Source of the DNA: Escherichia coli
GTDB lineage: Bacteria > Pseudomonadota > Gammaproteobacteria > Enterobacterales > Enterobacteriaceae
DNA length: 64,000 nt
Direction: 5' to 3' (one strand)
Assembly: GCF_024223415.1 (NCBI RefSeq)
Contig: NZ_CP100500.1
The notes under the pieces: generated by a model
What the model was told of the DNA's origin: nothing
Databases searched by the model: none
The model's input: only the letters and a program-made list of their open reading frames with translations
Shown: piece by piece, positions 46,207-56,451 of the stretch
Position numbering within the stretch: the stretch's first letter is position 1
How the letters are laid out: each line of letters opens with the position of its first letter
Program-made: the position numbers and the translations under genes

Positions 46207-48111
46207 GTGGAAAAGCAGTTTGATGTGATATGCATGGGCCGCGTGGCGGTAGACCTCTACAGCCAGCAAATTGGTGCCCGCCTGGAGGATGTGTCGAGCT
46301 TCGCCAAATATCTCGGCGGCTCGTCCGGCAACGTGGCGTACGGTACCGCGCGTCAGGGCTTACGCTCGTCAATGCTGGCGCGCGTTGGCGATGAACATAT
46401 GGGGCGCTTCCTGCGGGAAGAGTTAAACCAGGTGGGCTGCGATACCAGCCATCTGATCACCGATAAAGAACGCCTTACGGCGCTGGTGCTACTCGGCATT
46501 AAAGACCGGGACACCTTTCCTCTGATTTTTTATCGCGATAACTGCGCGGATATGGCGATTACTGCCAGCGATGTGGACGAAAGCTACATTGCCTCCGCAC
46601 GGTGTATTGCCATCACCGGGACTCACCTTTCTCACCCGCAGACCCGCGAGGCGGTGCTGACGGCGCTGAATTACGCCCGCCGTCACGGCGTGCGCACGGT
46701 GCTGGACATCGACTACCGTCCGGTGCTGTGGGGACTAACCTCTCTAGGAGACGGCGAAACGCGTTTTATCGTTGCCGAACAGGTTACCCGTGAACTTCAG
46801 GAGGTGCTACACCTTTTCGACGTCGTTGTCGGCACCGAAGAGGAGTTTCACATTGCGGGGGGCAGCACCGATACGTTGCAGGCGCTGGCGCAGGTGCGCC
46901 ACGTCAGCAAGGCGACACTGGTTTGCAAGCGCGGCGCGCTGGGCTGTTCGGTGTATACCGATGCCATTCCACCTCGGCTGGATGACGGTCTGACGGTGAC
47001 CGGCGTGCGTGTGGAGGTGCTTAACGTCCTTGGCGCGGGAGATGCGTTTATGTCTGGCCTGCTGCGCGGTTACCTGAACGACGAGGGCTGGGAGCAGGCG
47101 TGCCGCTACGCCAACGCCTGTGGGGCGCTGGTGGTCTCGCGCCACGGCTGTGCACCGGCGATGCCGAGCAAAATTGAGCTGGATGATTACCTCTCCCGCG
47201 CCGCGCTCGTTCCGCGCCCGGACATTGACCCGCGTCTTAACCATCTGCACCGGGTGACCACCCGCCGCCGCGAATGGCCGGAGCTGTGCGTGATGGCGTT
47301 CGATCACCGCAGTCAACTGGAAGATATGGCGCTGCAGTGCGGCGCGTCGCTTAAGCGTATTCCGGCGCTGAAACAGCTGATCCTGCAGGCCAGCCGAGAG
47401 GCGGCAAGCTCTGCCGGGCTGGAGGGGAAAGCCGGCCTGCTGTGCGATGGCACCTTTGGTCAGGATGCGCTGAACGCCATTACCGGCGAAGGGTGGTGGA
47501 TTGGTCGTCCCATTGAACTGCCAGGCTCGCGTCCGCTGGAGATGGAGCACGGTAACATTGGTACCCAGCTTATCAGTTGGCCGCAGGAGCATGTGGTGAA
47601 GTGCCTGGTCTTTTTCCATCCGGAAGATGCCCACGGCTTGCGTCTGGAGCAGGAGCAGAAAATCGCCGAGGTGTACCACGCCTGCTGTCAGTCCGGACAT
47701 GAACTGCTGCTGGAGGTGATATTACCCGCCACTATGCCGCGCAGTGACGAACTTTATCTGCGTGCCATTTCCCGCTTCTACAACCTTGGCATTTACCCCG
47801 ACTGGTGGAAACTGCCGCCGCTCTCCGCCGAAGGCTGGACGGCACTGAGCGAGATTATCGCGCGCCGGGACCCGCACTGCCGCGGCGTGGTGATCCTCGG
47901 TCTGGATGCTCCGGCGGAACAGCTGCGTGCCGACTTCAAAGCTGCCGCGGGGCAGGCGCTGGTGAAAGGCTTCGCCGTGGGGCGCACGCTGTTTGGCGAT
48001 GCCTCCCGCGCATGGCTGAAACACGATATTGACGATGCGCAGCTGGTGGCGCGCATCCGGGACAACTACCTGCAGCTTATCGCCTGGTGGCGCGAGCGCG
48101 GACACGCATAA
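46207..48111 (+). CDS. iolC: 5-dehydro-2-deoxygluconokinase (PfkB kinase with C-terminal extension)
   Basis: 634 aa; PfkB motifs (GGxxxN, VLGAGDAF); GTG start with AGAGGG RBS. Confidence 0.8.
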   Translation: MEKQFDVICMGRVAVDLYSQQIGARLEDVSSFAKYLGGSSGNVAYGTARQGLRSSMLARVGDEHMGRFLREELNQVGCDTSHLITDKERLTALVLLGIKDRDTFPLIFYRDNCADMAITASDVDESYIASARCIAITGTHLSHPQTREAVLTALNYARRHGVRTVLDIDYRPVLWGLTSLGDGETRFIVAEQVTRELQEVLHLFDVVVGTEEEFHIAGGSTDTLQALAQVRHVSKATLVCKRGALGCSVYTDAIPPRLDDGLTVTGVRVEVLNVLGAGDAFMSGLLRGYLNDEGWEQACRYANACGALVVSRHGCAPAMPSKIELDDYLSRAALVPRPDIDPRLNHLHRVTTRRREWPELCVMAFDHRSQLEDMALQCGASLKRIPALKQLILQASREAASSAGLEGKAGLLCDGTFGQDALNAITGEGWWIGRPIELPGSRPLEMEHGNIGTQLISWPQEHVVKCLVFFHPEDAHGLRLEQEQKIAEVYHACCQSGHELLLEVILPATMPRSDELYLRAISRFYNLGIYPDWWKLPPLSAEGWTALSEIIARRDPHCRGVVILGLDAPAEQLRADFKAAAGQALVKGFAVGRTLFGDASRAWLKHDIDDAQLVARIRDNYLQLIAWWRERGHA

Positions 48112-48122
48112 TGGAGACGACA

Positions 48123-49013
48123 ATGAGTGTACAACTGGGCATCAACCCGCTGACGTGGACGAACGATGATCTGCCTTCACTGGGCGCGGAGACATCTCTG
48201 GAGACCTGCCTGAGTGAAGGGAAAGAGGCCGGTTTTGCCGGCTTCGAACTGGGCAATAAATTCCCGAGAGAAGCGCGCCTGCTCGGCCCCATTTTGCAGC
48301 GCCACGACCTGCAGTTGGTCTCCGGCTGGTATTCCGGCCGCCTGTTGGAACGCAGTGTAGAGGACGAGATTGCTGCTGTGCAGTCGCATCTGACGCTGCT
48401 GCGAGAGCTGGGTGCAAAAGTACTGGTTTTTGCGGAAGTGAGTGGCTGCATTCACGGTGAGCAGCAGACGCCGGTTCACCTGCGCCCACGTTTCCCGCAG
48501 GAATGCTGGAAAGAGTATGGTGAGAAACTCACCGTGTTCGCCCGCTATACGCAGCAACAGGGGGTACAGATTGCTTACCACCATCATATGGGCACGGTGA
48601 TTGAGTCCGCTCAAGACGTGGACAACCTGATGCTCCACACGGGTGAGGAGGTTGGTTTACTGCTGGATACTGGCCACCTGACCTTTGCCGGGGCCGATCC
48701 GCTGGCGGTGGCACAGCGATGGGCATCGCGCATCAATCATGTTCACTGCAAAGATGTGCGCGCCGACGTGCTGGCGGACGTCAAAAACCGTAAAACCAGC
48801 TTCCTCGACGCGGTGCTGAGCGGCGTGTTTACCGTGCCGGGTGACGGCTGCGTGGATTATCCGCCGATTATGCAACTGCTGAAAACGCAGGATTATCACG
48901 GTTGGCTGGTGGTGGAGGCTGAACAGGACCCGGCGATCGCCCATCCGCTGACCTACGCCCGTCTGGGATATAACAATCTGAGCCGCCTGGCGCGCGACGC
49001 CGGGCTTATCTGA
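48123..49013 (+). CDS. iolE: inosose dehydratase (xylose-isomerase-like TIM barrel)
   Basis: About 296 aa; start at ATG 48123 just after the iolC stop. Confidence 0.8.
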   Translation: MSVQLGINPLTWTNDDLPSLGAETSLETCLSEGKEAGFAGFELGNKFPREARLLGPILQRHDLQLVSGWYSGRLLERSVEDEIAAVQSHLTLLRELGAKVLVFAEVSGCIHGEQQTPVHLRPRFPQECWKEYGEKLTVFARYTQQQGVQIAYHHHMGTVIESAQDVDNLMLHTGEEVGLLLDTGHLTFAGADPLAVAQRWASRINHVHCKDVRADVLADVKNRKTSFLDAVLSGVFTVPGDGCVDYPPIMQLLKTQDYHGWLVVEAEQDPAIAHPLTYARLGYNNLSRLARDAGLI

Positions 49014-49022
49014 GGAGGTGAC

Positions 49023-49844
49023 ATGTCACGTCTGTTATCACGCTGGCAACAGCCGAACGCTGAGGGGCGGACTCAGTCTGTCACGCCGGAAAGCGCCGGA
49101 TGGGGATATGTTGGCTTTGAGGCCTATGAACTTGAGGAAGGGCAGCAACTGACGCTGCCCGCTGTCAGTGAAGAGCGCTGTCTGGTGCTGGTGGCCGGGC
49201 GCGCTTTCATCAGCACTCCTTCTGCACAGTTTATTGATATCGGGGAGCGGATGAGCCCGTTCGAGCGCATCAAACCTTGGGCGGTTTACGTCACCCCGCA
49301 GGAGGCAGTGCAGGTGAAGGCGCTGACGAAACTGGAGCTGGCAGTCTGTACCGCTCCGGGAAAAGGGACATACCCGACGCGGTTGATTGCACCTCAGGAT
49401 ATCGATGGCGAAGCGCGCGGTAACGGCCACAACCAGCGTTATGTGCATAATATTTTGCCGGAAGACAAGCCCGCTGACAGCCTGCTGGTCGTCGAGGTCT
49501 GGACCAACGAAGGCTGTACCAGTTCGTACCCGAGCCATAAACACGATACGAATAACCCGCCTCAGGAGAGCTATCTGGAGGAGACCTATTACCATCGCCT
49601 CAACCCGGAACAGGGGTTCTGCATGCAGCGGGTGTATACCGATGACCGCACACTTGATGAATGTATGGCGGTCTATAACCGTGACGTGGTCATGGTGCCG
49701 AAAGGGTACCACCCGGTGGCGACGATGGCCGGGTATGACAGTTATTACCTTAACGTGATGGCCGGACCAGTACGTAAATGGATATTCACCTGGGAAAAGG
49801 AACACTCATGGATAAACACAGAGTATTCTGCCATTTCTTTATAA
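49023..49844 (+). CDS. iolB: 5-deoxy-glucuronate isomerase
   Basis: 273 aa; IolB-type sequence; last gene of the cluster. Confidence 0.8.
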   Translation: MSRLLSRWQQPNAEGRTQSVTPESAGWGYVGFEAYELEEGQQLTLPAVSEERCLVLVAGRAFISTPSAQFIDIGERMSPFERIKPWAVYVTPQEAVQVKALTKLELAVCTAPGKGTYPTRLIAPQDIDGEARGNGHNQRYVHNILPEDKPADSLLVVEVWTNEGCTSSYPSHKHDTNNPPQESYLEETYYHRLNPEQGFCMQRVYTDDRTLDECMAVYNRDVVMVPKGYHPVATMAGYDSYYLNVMAGPVRKWIFTWEKEHSWINTEYSAISL

Positions 49845-49859
49845 ACTGAGTACCTAAGC

Positions 49860-49886
49860 TAAAAAAGGGGAATGACTCCCCTTTTG
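49860..49886 (+). terminator. rho-independent terminator after iolB
   Basis: AAAAGGGGA-loop-TCCCCTTTT hairpin. Confidence 0.55.
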
Positions 49887-50588
49887 TATAATATGACTCG
49901 ACAATGTTATTTCAAAGTCTGAGTGATGATTTTTCTCTCAGGCAGTATGTTCCTCAATAAGGATGAGAATGTATTCTGTTCATTGGCATATGCATTTATA
50001 TTCTAATGAGCTGAATTTTATAAAGGTTGTGGCTATTCTGGAGTATAAATATTTTTTTTCATTAGACATGAAAGTCTATATGATGGTGTATTAATATTTT
50101 TAGCAATTATGAACGGTTTGTCATGAACCAGTGACCAATTCGTTATGGTGGTGTGCGGTTATATGGTACCTGCTTATGGTGTTATGTTTTTGTCACGTTT
50201 TTGCTGGGGGGTAACATATGTATTGTTTATTTTATATGGTTTATTAAAAAGCTATGAACTCTTTTCAGAGTAATCTCTCACAGTTTTTTTTAATGTTTTA
50301 AAGTTGGTAGTGGTTTGTTATTTTATTTAACTATGTGTTCTTGAAAAAGAACAATGTTTTAAGTGTTGGTTTTTTATCCTTATGATTTTTTAAATGAACT
50401 ATTCAACAATTTACGCTGTGCTGTCCTACAGTTAAAGAGCGTTAATGTAATATCAAATGTAATTATTACGGACAGGCTGAAATCTGGTTGTGTACATCAG
50501 TTGGTGCAAAAAGGCTTATCAAAGTACTGAAATAATAGTAAGTACAATAATAATGATGAATATTGCTACATGGAGATTGGATTTGCCC

Positions 50589-51494
50589 CTATATTTCCAG
50601 ACACCTGTTATCACTTAACCCATTACTGGCTTGCTGCCGTAGATATTCCCGTGGCGAGCGATAACCCAGTGCACTATGCGGATGCCATTCGTTATAATGC
50701 TCGAACGCCTCTGCAAGGTTCTTTGCTGCCGTTAACCCGTCTGGTTTGGGCATGACACTGATGTAGTCACGCTTTATCGTTTTCACGAAGCTCTCTGCTA
50801 TGCCGTTACTCTCCGGACTCCGCACCGCCGTGCTCTTCGGTTCAAGCCCCAACATCCGGGCAAACTGCCGTGTTTCATTAGCCCGGTAGCATGAACCATT
50901 ATCCGTCAGCCACTCTACTGGAGACGCCGGAAGCTCGTTGCCGAAGCGGCGTTCCACCGCTCCTGGCATGACGTCCTGTACTGTTTCACTGTTGAAGCCG
51001 CCCGTAGTGACCGCCCAGTGCAGTGCCTCACGGTCACAGCAGTCCAGCGCGAACGTGACTCGCAGTTTTTCTCCGTTATCACAGCGGAACTCGAACCCGT
51101 CAGAGCACCATCGCTGATTACTTTCTTTCACAGCCACTCTGCCTGTATGTGCCCGTTTCGATGGCGGTACAGCAGGTTTTCGCTCAAGCAACAGCGCATT
51201 CTGGCGCATGATCCGGTAAACACGTTTGGCATTGATCGCAGGCATACCATCAAGTTCGGCCTGTCTGCGAAGCAGCGCCCATACCCGACGATAACCATAC
51301 GTGGGCAGCTCTCCGATAACATGGTGTATACGGAGAAGCACATCCGTATCATCAGTGTGACGACTGCGGCGGCCATCCATCCAGTCATCGGTTCGTCTGA
51401 GAATGACGTGCAACTGCGCACGCGACACCCGGAGACAACGGCTGACTAAGCTTACTCCCCATCCCCGGGCAATAAGGGCGCGTGCGCTATCCAC
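50589..51494 (-). CDS. insD: IS2 transposase OrfB (DDE domain)
   Basis: 301-aa IS3-family integrase-core sequence. Confidence 0.85.
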   Translation of the reverse strand: MDSARALIARGWGVSLVSRCLRVSRAQLHVILRRTDDWMDGRRSRHTDDTDVLLRIHHVIGELPTYGYRRVWALLRRQAELDGMPAINAKRVYRIMRQNALLLERKPAVPPSKRAHTGRVAVKESNQRWCSDGFEFRCDNGEKLRVTFALDCCDREALHWAVTTGGFNSETVQDVMPGAVERRFGNELPASPVEWLTDNGSCYRANETRQFARMLGLEPKSTAVRSPESNGIAESFVKTIKRDYISVMPKPDGLTAAKNLAEAFEHYNEWHPHSALGYRSPREYLRQQASNGLSDNRCLEI

Positions 51495-51817
51495 TTTTTT
51501 GCCCGTCCATATTCAACGGCTTCTTTGAGGAGTTCATTTTCCATCGTTTTCTTGCCGAGCAGGCGCTGGAGTTCTTTAATCTGCTTCATGGCGGCAGCAA
51601 GTTCAGAGGCAGGAACAACCTGTTCTCCGGCGGCGACAGCAGTAAGACTTCCTTCCTGGTATTGCTTACGCCAGAGAAATAACTGGCTGGCTGCTACACC
51701 ATGTTGCCGGGCAACGAGGGAGACCGTCATCCCCGGTTCAAAGCTCTGCTGAACAATTGCGATCTTTTCCTGTGTGGTAAGCCGTCTGCGTTTCTCCGGT
51801 CCTAAGACATCAATCAT
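51452..51817 (-). CDS. insC: IS2 OrfA (HTH protein)
   Basis: [12 protein letters not shown]... HTH/leucine-zipper protein overlapping OrfB. Confidence 0.85.
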   Translation of the reverse strand: MIDVLGPEKRRRLTTQEKIAIVQQSFEPGMTVSLVARQHGVAASQLFLWRKQYQEGSLTAVAAGEQVVPASELAAAMKQIKELQRLLGKKTMENELLKEAVEYGRAKKWIAHAPLLPGDGE

Positions 51818-52030
51818 CTGCTCTCCAATGACTAGTCTAAAAACTAGTATTAAGACTATCACTTAAATAAGTGATACTGGTTGTCTGGAGATTCAGGGGG
51901 CCAGTCTAGAGATATAAAGAGCGTCTAGCTCCGGATATATCTTTGACACTACGACAGTACTTGCAAAACGGGGTTGGTAATGCTGCCAACTTACTGATTT
52001 AGTGTATGATGGTGATTTTAAGGTGCTTGC

Positions 52031-52306
52031 GTGGCTTCCATTTCCATCAGATGTCCTTCCTGCTCCGCTACTGAAGGCGTGGTGCGTAACGGCAAAAGCA
52101 CTGCCGGACATCAGCGCTATCTCTGCTCTCATTGCCGTAAAACATGGCAACTACAGTTCACTTACACCGCCTCTCAGCCCGGTACGCACCAGAAAATCAT
52201 TGATATGGCCATGAATGGCGTCGGATGTCGCGCCAGTGCACGCATTATGGGCGTTGGCCTCAACACGGTTTTACGTCACTTAAAAAACTCAGGCCGCAGT
52301 CGGTAA
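52031..52306 (+). CDS. insA: IS1 InsA
   Basis: 91-aa zinc-finger protein typical of IS1. Confidence 0.85.
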   Translation: MASISIRCPSCSATEGVVRNGKSTAGHQRYLCSHCRKTWQLQFTYTASQPGTHQKIIDMAMNGVGCRASARIMGVGLNTVLRHLKNSGRSR

Positions 52307-52728
52307 CCTCGCGCATACAACCGGGCAGTGATGTGATTGTCTGCGCTGAAATGGACGAACAGTGGGGCTACGTCGGTGCTAAATCACGTCAGCGCTGGCT
52401 GTTTTACGCGTATGACAGGATACGGAGGACGGTTATGGCGCACGTATTCGGTGAACGCACTCTGGCCACACTGGAGCGTCTTCTGAGCCTGCTGTCGGCC
52501 TTTGACGTGGTGATATGGATGACGGATGGCTGGCCACTGTATGAATCCCGCCTGAAGGGAAAGCTGCACGTAATCAGCAAGCGATATACGCAGCGAATTG
52601 AGCGGCATAACCTGAATCTGAGGCAGCACCTGGCACGGCTGGGACGGAAGTCGCTGTCGTTCTCAAAATCGGTGGAGCTGCATGACAAAGTCATCGGGCA
52701 TTATCTGAACATAAAACACTATCAATAA
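52225..52728 (+). CDS. insB: IS1 InsB (expressed as an InsAB' frameshift fusion)
   Basis: Overlapping -1 frame ORF with IS1 transposase sequence. Confidence 0.8.
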   Translation: MSRQCTHYGRWPQHGFTSLKKLRPQSVTSRIQPGSDVIVCAEMDEQWGYVGAKSRQRWLFYAYDRIRRTVMAHVFGERTLATLERLLSLLSAFDVVIWMTDGWPLYESRLKGKLHVISKRYTQRIERHNLNLRQHLARLGRKSLSFSKSVELHDKVIGHYLNIKHYQ

Positions 52729-52743
52729 GTTGGAGTCATTACC

Positions 52744-53432
52744 AGGAACGAGTACAGGAAAAATTCAGTTCTTTTTTAATTGCCTTTAAAGATGGTGTCA
52801 TCGGAGGGATACTGTCAGGTATTACCACAACGCTGTTAAATATATTCCTGACGACGGAAAGAATGATTGTCCGGCTTATCAGGGAAATGTGGAACAACCT
52901 CGTTCAGGCCTTTAAAGTCCTGGTATTTAACCCGGAGGGATTATCGCCGGGGCAGTTAGCCAAAGCGGTCACTAAACTGATAGCAGCAGGTGTGGCTGTT
53001 GCCGGTGGGGTGATGATAAATGAGGCGATGGCGCAGATCCTTATTTTTCCATTTGGTTCAGAGCTTGCTGCCTTTTGTGGTGCGCTGACGACAGGTATTC
53101 TCGGGCTGGTGATGAATTATTATCTCGAATATAGCGAGGTTATGCAGCGGGTATGGGCATTTCTGGACAAATTTAAGGACAAATTCCAGCGGTCACTGGA
53201 ATACTTTCAGGCAGTCAATGCTGAACTTGATCGCTATCTTGTGGAACTTACTGCACTGGAATTTTCTGTTGATGCTGCCGCGTTAAATCATTTTTCACTT
53301 CATCTGGATAGCGTAAACAGTGAGATAGAGCGCGGACTTCTGCTGAGAGAAGAAGTCAGCCGACGAGGGATTGCGTTGCCGTTTGAGTCAGGAAATGTGG
53401 CTTCTGTTCGTGACTGGTTAAATAAGCGATGA
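52744..53432 (+). pseudogene. 3' fragment of a gene truncated by IS1
   Basis: Reading frame is open from the IS1 boundary; no start codon or RBS until internal ATG 52863. Confidence 0.5.
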
Positions 53433-53695
53433 AATTACACCCTCCATTTCCCTGTAACCAGTGTGGGGCCTGTTGTCGTCATGTCAACAGGGCGGGTGAA
53501 ACGCAATGTCTGGATCGTGGTGACGGTATTTGCCGTCACTATCAGACTGATTCTCATTTGTGTGCAATTTATGATAAACGCCCACAGATTTGCCGGGTTG
53601 AAGACCAGTATTTACTGAATTATCAGTCTCAGTACAGCTGGCAGGAGTTTATTGCATTAAACCAGGCCGCCTGCCTTATTCTGAATAAACTGTAA
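53429..53695 (+). CDS. small Cys-rich protein (CxxCxxCC motif)
   Basis: 88 aa; CNQCGACC ... CAIY pattern typical of small metal-binding proteins. Confidence 0.5.
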   Translation: MKLHPPFPCNQCGACCRHVNRAGETQCLDRGDGICRHYQTDSHLCAIYDKRPQICRVEDQYLLNYQSQYSWQEFIALNQAACLILNKL

Positions 53696-53834
53696 TGCCA
53701 TTAATGGCGGCGTCAGGACAGAAACTGAGAGAACATAAAACAGTAAAATGTCATTCCGTTCAGCAGCCAGCGTTGCTTTCTCCGGCTGCTGTTATTGTAA
53801 GGCATTTTCGTTAAGAACGCAGAAGGAGAGGATC

Positions 53835-54032
53835 GTGAGATTGCTGTTAAAAGGGCTCGTCGGAATGGCGCTGGTCTGGCTTGTTATTGGTTTCGGGATG
53901 GAGTTATTTTTTCTCGCCGATCGGGTTCATCCGGCATTAAGAGTAATCGTTGGCCTGGGGATGTTATTCCTGATGATAATGATTGCGGGTGGTATGTGCG
54001 GTTCTCTTCTGTCACGAAAGAAAACATCATGA
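53835..54032 (+). CDS. small membrane protein
   Basis: GTG start with GGAGAGG RBS; two hydrophobic helices. Confidence 0.35.
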   Translation: MRLLLKGLVGMALVWLVIGFGMELFFLADRVHPALRVIVGLGMLFLMIMIAGGMCGSLLSRKKTS

Positions 54033-54166
54033 CGTTCCTGTTTACGCCGTTACATTTGTGGCGGCGGATGATACCTGTTTTATGATTATTCAGAAAAATG
54101 TATTTACCTGTCACGGCATGTTCAGCGAGCGGCGCCGGACAGAAATATCGCTTTTACTCAATTATT

Positions 54167-55771
54167 ATGAAAATTAATCTTCCATTCATACACTGGCCAC
54201 GGATTAGCAATGATAAGCGCCTCGTGTTATCAGTGGTTGTCTTTATCCTTTTTAATCTCCTTGTATCCTCAGGAGCGCATCTGATTTACCGGATATTATT
54301 CTTTATCCTGGCGCTTCTTATTATTAAGGCAATGAAATCGCTTACGTTGCGTTTGATTCTTGCCTTCCCGTTCACATTACTGACTGCTGCAGATATCAGT
54401 ATCAGCCTGTATTCATGGTGTACATTTGGCACAACATTTAATGATGGTTTTGCAATCAGTATCCTTCAGACAGATCCTGATGAAGTAATAAGAATGTTCA
54501 GGATGTATGTTGTTTATGTTATCGCATTTATTATCCTCTTTTTATTGTTCTTCTGTTCAGCAATAAATAAAACGTCCTCATTGCCATCGGAAAAGGTCAC
54601 GGTAATTACATTTTTATTGTTAATTACAGTAACGTTATATTCTTCCTTCCAGTTTGCGTTGAAGAAACAGTATCAAATAAATGAAGTTGATCCTTACATA
54701 GTCGCTTCCCGGTTTGCCACATATACCTCTTTCTTTAATCTGAACTATTTTGCACTGGCCGCAAAGGAGCATCAGAGATTAATGACGATTGCTGATACCA
54801 TACCTCACTACGATCTGGTGATTACGGATAACAACACTGACGTATTTGTTCTGGTGATTGGTGAATCTGCAAGGACTGATAACATGTCCATTTACGGGTA
54901 TTCGCGCCCTACCACACCAGAGCTTCAGAAACAGAAATCACGACTGAAACTGTTCACTCAGGCAATCAGCGGGGCACCTTATACCGCTCTTGCGGTACCG
55001 CTGGCATTATCTGCTGATACCGTGCTGCATCATGATGTTCGCCGTTACCCCGATAATATTATCAACATGGCGAATCAGGCGGGGTTCGATACCTGGTGGC
55101 TCAGTGCGCAGTCCGCTTTCCGACAGAACGGAACGGCTGTGGCCAGTATCGCCATGCGGGCCAGAAACAGAATTTATGTCAGAGGCTATGATGAATTACT
55201 GCTCCCACACCTGGCTGAAGCACTGAACAGTAATCCGGGGAGCAGGAAACTGATTGTTCTGCATCTGACGGGCAGCCATGAGCCAGTCTGCAGTAACTGG
55301 CCCAGAGATAAAGCCGTGTTTAAACCGCTGGATACAGAAGAAGTCTGCTACGATAATTCCATTCATTATACCGACAGTTTGTTGGGACAGGTTTTCACCA
55401 TGCTGGAAACGCGTCAGGCATCCGTCATGTATTTTTCAGATCATGGCCTGGAGTATGACCCGACAAAAGAGCATGCCTATTTTCATGGCGGAATAAAACC
55501 CAGCCAGCAGGCTTATCATGTTCCGATGTTTATCTGGTACAGCCCGGCACTGGGAGAGCATGTCGATCGCCAGACGGTGAACAGCGTTTTTTCCACTGCG
55601 TATAATGATTATCTGATTAATGCATGGATGGGCGTAACCAGACCGGCTCAACCGAAAACGCCGGAGGAGGTGATTACCCGCTGGCAGGGGAAATCCGTGG
55701 TTTTTGATGCCAGTCATAACGTGTTTGATTACAAAGTATTACGAAAGAACTTTAATGAACTCCAGGAATAA
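54167..55771 (+). CDS. phosphoethanolamine transferase family protein (sulfatase-like)
   Basis: N-terminal multi-TM region then sulfatase-type domain (VIGESARTD ... LHLTGSHEP ... SDHG); start at ATG 54167 is approximate. Confidence 0.7.
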   Translation: MKINLPFIHWPRISNDKRLVLSVVVFILFNLLVSSGAHLIYRILFFILALLIIKAMKSLTLRLILAFPFTLLTAADISISLYSWCTFGTTFNDGFAISILQTDPDEVIRMFRMYVVYVIAFIILFLLFFCSAINKTSSLPSEKVTVITFLLLITVTLYSSFQFALKKQYQINEVDPYIVASRFATYTSFFNLNYFALAAKEHQRLMTIADTIPHYDLVITDNNTDVFVLVIGESARTDNMSIYGYSRPTTPELQKQKSRLKLFTQAISGAPYTALAVPLALSADTVLHHDVRRYPDNIINMANQAGFDTWWLSAQSAFRQNGTAVASIAMRARNRIYVRGYDELLLPHLAEALNSNPGSRKLIVLHLTGSHEPVCSNWPRDKAVFKPLDTEEVCYDNSIHYTDSLLGQVFTMLETRQASVMYFSDHGLEYDPTKEHAYFHGGIKPSQQAYHVPMFIWYSPALGEHVDRQTVNSVFSTAYNDYLINAWMGVTRPAQPKTPEEVITRWQGKSVVFDASHNVFDYKVLRKNFNELQE

Positions 55772-55867
55772 TTCATTAAAGTAATTTACTTCGCTATCCT
55801 TTTTCCAGTTACTCACAAAGAAAAATATTCAGAAAATAATTCCCGGGTTGGCAGCCCGGGATGATTA

Positions 55868-56143
55868 CTATTTTAATGGATTGTTAATCTTTGCATATTC
55901 AAACGGGCTGATACATTGTTCTCTGTTCGCATCCAGAAAATCTGCCCACCACTGTAGCATCAGTCGACGTTCTTCCAGATGTTCTGCTTTATGGATATAC
56001 GCAGCACGTACACCATTACGCTCCTGATGACTCATCTGACGTTCCACTGCATCGCGGGACCACAAACCTGATTTAATCAATGCACTGCACGCCATCGCCC
56101 GGAATCCATGGCCACAGACCTCTTCCTGCGTATTGTATCTCAT
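55868..56143 (-). pseudogene. C-terminal remnant of a tyrosine integrase
   Basis: ..GHGFRAMA..RQMSH..R..YIH..LQWWADFLD.. parallels the C-terminus of the intact integrase at 59068-60252; no N-terminal domain. Confidence 0.6.
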
Positions 56144-56451
56144 CAGTCTCAGTGCGTTATTGACCGTATTTTAACTAACGAGCTTGTGCCTGATTACCAA
56201 TAATTATCAGTTCATATTTTATGCAGACTTGTGCCAATCACTTGTTTTGAAAGAGGTTCTAAGATTCGTTGCATGCATTCTTGACCCTCAATGGTAATGT
56301 CTCGTTAAATATGATAGATATTAGCCGTAATTTTATTTTAGCGGGGTCGGTAAATTGGGGTGGAATTAGTCGATAAAAATATTAGAATACACTATTTTGC
56401 AGGCAAAATAGTGATATGATACATTTTTGTGTAAATTTATAAGGAGATAAG

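Larger units (their letters stand above)
50578..51908 (-). mobile_element. IS2 (IS3 family), 1331 bp
   Basis: Canonical IS2 ends (TGGATTTGCCCC... and ...GGGGGCCAGTCTA); 5-bp direct repeat GAGAT at 50573-50577 and 51909-51913. Confidence 0.9.
51976..52743 (+). mobile_element. IS1, 768 bp
   Basis: IS1 terminal inverted repeats (GGTAATGCTGCCAACTTACTGAT ... ATCAATAAGTTGGAGTCATTACC); no matching 8-9 bp target duplication. Confidence 0.9.

Noticed and set aside
46807-47700. 297-aa minus-strand ORF
   Set aside because: Antisense to iolC; Arg/Ala-rich composition typical of GC-rich shadow frames.
49038-49805. 255-aa minus-strand ORF
   Set aside because: Antisense to iolB.
49887-50577. Protein-coding gene in the AT-rich block
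   Set aside because: No ORF of useful length with a plausible start and RBS; treated as intergenic or degraded accessory DNA.
54167-55771. mcr-type mobile colistin resistance gene
   Set aside because: Only the general phosphoethanolamine-transferase fold is recognisable; no specific similarity to MCR/EptA sequences that I can see, so no resistance call is made.
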